This document shows positions 63,410 to 64,000 of a stretch of 64,000 nt of DNA, piece after piece. The position numbers and the translations under genes were made by a program. This stretch comes from an uncultured Alphaproteobacteria bacterium (GTDB lineage: Bacteria; Pseudomonadota; Alphaproteobacteria; HIMB59; GCA-002718135), in assembly GCA_902553005.1 (NCBI GenBank), contig CACDIK010000001.1, forward strand, positions 12,644 to 76,643, given 5' to 3'. The notes beneath the pieces were generated by a model that saw only the letters and a list, made by a program, of their open reading frames with translations, searched no databases and was not told the DNA's origin. How positions within the stretch are numbered: the stretch's first letter is position 1; each line of letters starts with the position of its first letter.

Positions 63410-64000
63410 ATGAGTCAAGCAATAATAAAAAAAACGTCTGATTACTTCAAATCAAAAGGAGTTGTTTTGCCAAGTATAAGTGAACTTCAAGACCCTCAAA
63501 TTATAAATGATGATATTAAAAATTCTCTAAAAAAAATAAATAATAATGATATCAATCCTCTTAACCTCTTTAGAGTTCATTGGTTTAATAAAAGAGATCA
63601 ATCAGGTTTTGGAAATGAGCCTGAATATATTGTGCTTCCAACAGAATTCACAGGTGTTAAGGCAAAGATAATTGTAAATATGGGACGATATTTTCCCTTA
63701 ATAACAGCTCATAAAGTTTTGGCAGCTTATGGTTGTTTGCTTCCAAGAATATTAAATGGCACTTTTGATTATGAAAAACATAAAGCAGTTTGGCCTTCTA
63801 CAGGAAATTATTGTAGGGGCGGAGTAGCAATATCTCGGATAATGGGTCTTAATAGTATTGCAATACTTCCTGAAGGAATGAGTAATGAGAGATTTGAATG
63901 GTTGAATAATTGGGTTGAAGATAAAAAAAATATCATAAAGACAAAGGGCACAGAAAGTAATGTTAAAGAAATTTACGATGCTTGTAATGAATTAAAAAAA
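63410..64000 (+). CDS. divergent PLP-dependent cysteine synthase/CBS-fold enzyme, N-terminal 197 codons (3' end outside window)
   Basis: It is not in the ORF track because it has no stop in the window. I translated it by hand from ATG 63410 and the frame stays open to base 64000. Candidate PLP lysine in ITAHKVLAAY (K102), then WPSTGNYCRGGVAISRIMGLNSIAILPEGMS, which matches the TSGNTG...PE.MS pattern of the CysK/CBS/SbnA fold at the expected spacing. Confidence 0.6.
   Translation, partial: MSQAIIKKTSDYFKSKGVVLPSISELQDPQIINDDIKNSLKKINNNDINPLNLFRVHWFNKRDQSGFGNEPEYIVLPTEFTGVKAKIIVNMGRYFPLITAHKVLAAYGCLLPRILNGTFDYEKHKAVWPSTGNYCRGGVAISRIMGLNSIAILPEGMSNERFEWLNNWVEDKKNIIKTKGTESNVKEIYDACNELKK

Overview
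The window is a very AT-rich, extremely compact alphaproteobacterial chromosome segment. Gene order, RpoH, the alphaproteobacteria-restricted TIGR02186 family and pervasive 1-15 bp gene overlaps suggest a SAR11/Pelagibacterales-like streamlined genome; this is inference, since no search could be run. About 60% is core information-processing DNA: tRNA-Tyr/Gly-tuf, tRNA-Trp-secE-nusG-rplKAJL-rpoBC, then rpsL-rpsG-fusA fused without gaps to the S10 and spc operons, and the alpha operon. The left third holds housekeeping genes (hisZ', purA, rpoH, rluD, xseB, tlyA, aroC, fabI, pdxH, pyrE), a minus-strand membrane/anion-exporter operon, and a formate dehydrogenase plus molybdenum-cofactor maturation island. 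The right end holds crcB, rluC-like, lipB, tRNA-Leu, mgtE, gshA, gshB, bioY, a ROK kinase and gabD. It finishes with a tightly packed five-gene operon: an AGAT/StrB1-type amidinotransferase, EutA/EutB/EutC-like enzymes and a divergent CysK/SbnA-like PLP enzyme. That operon is my best candidate for an uncharacterised system. I saw no mobile elements, CRISPR arrays, rRNA genes or long repeats. All family assignments come from reading the supplied translations and recalling family motifs. No database search was possible.
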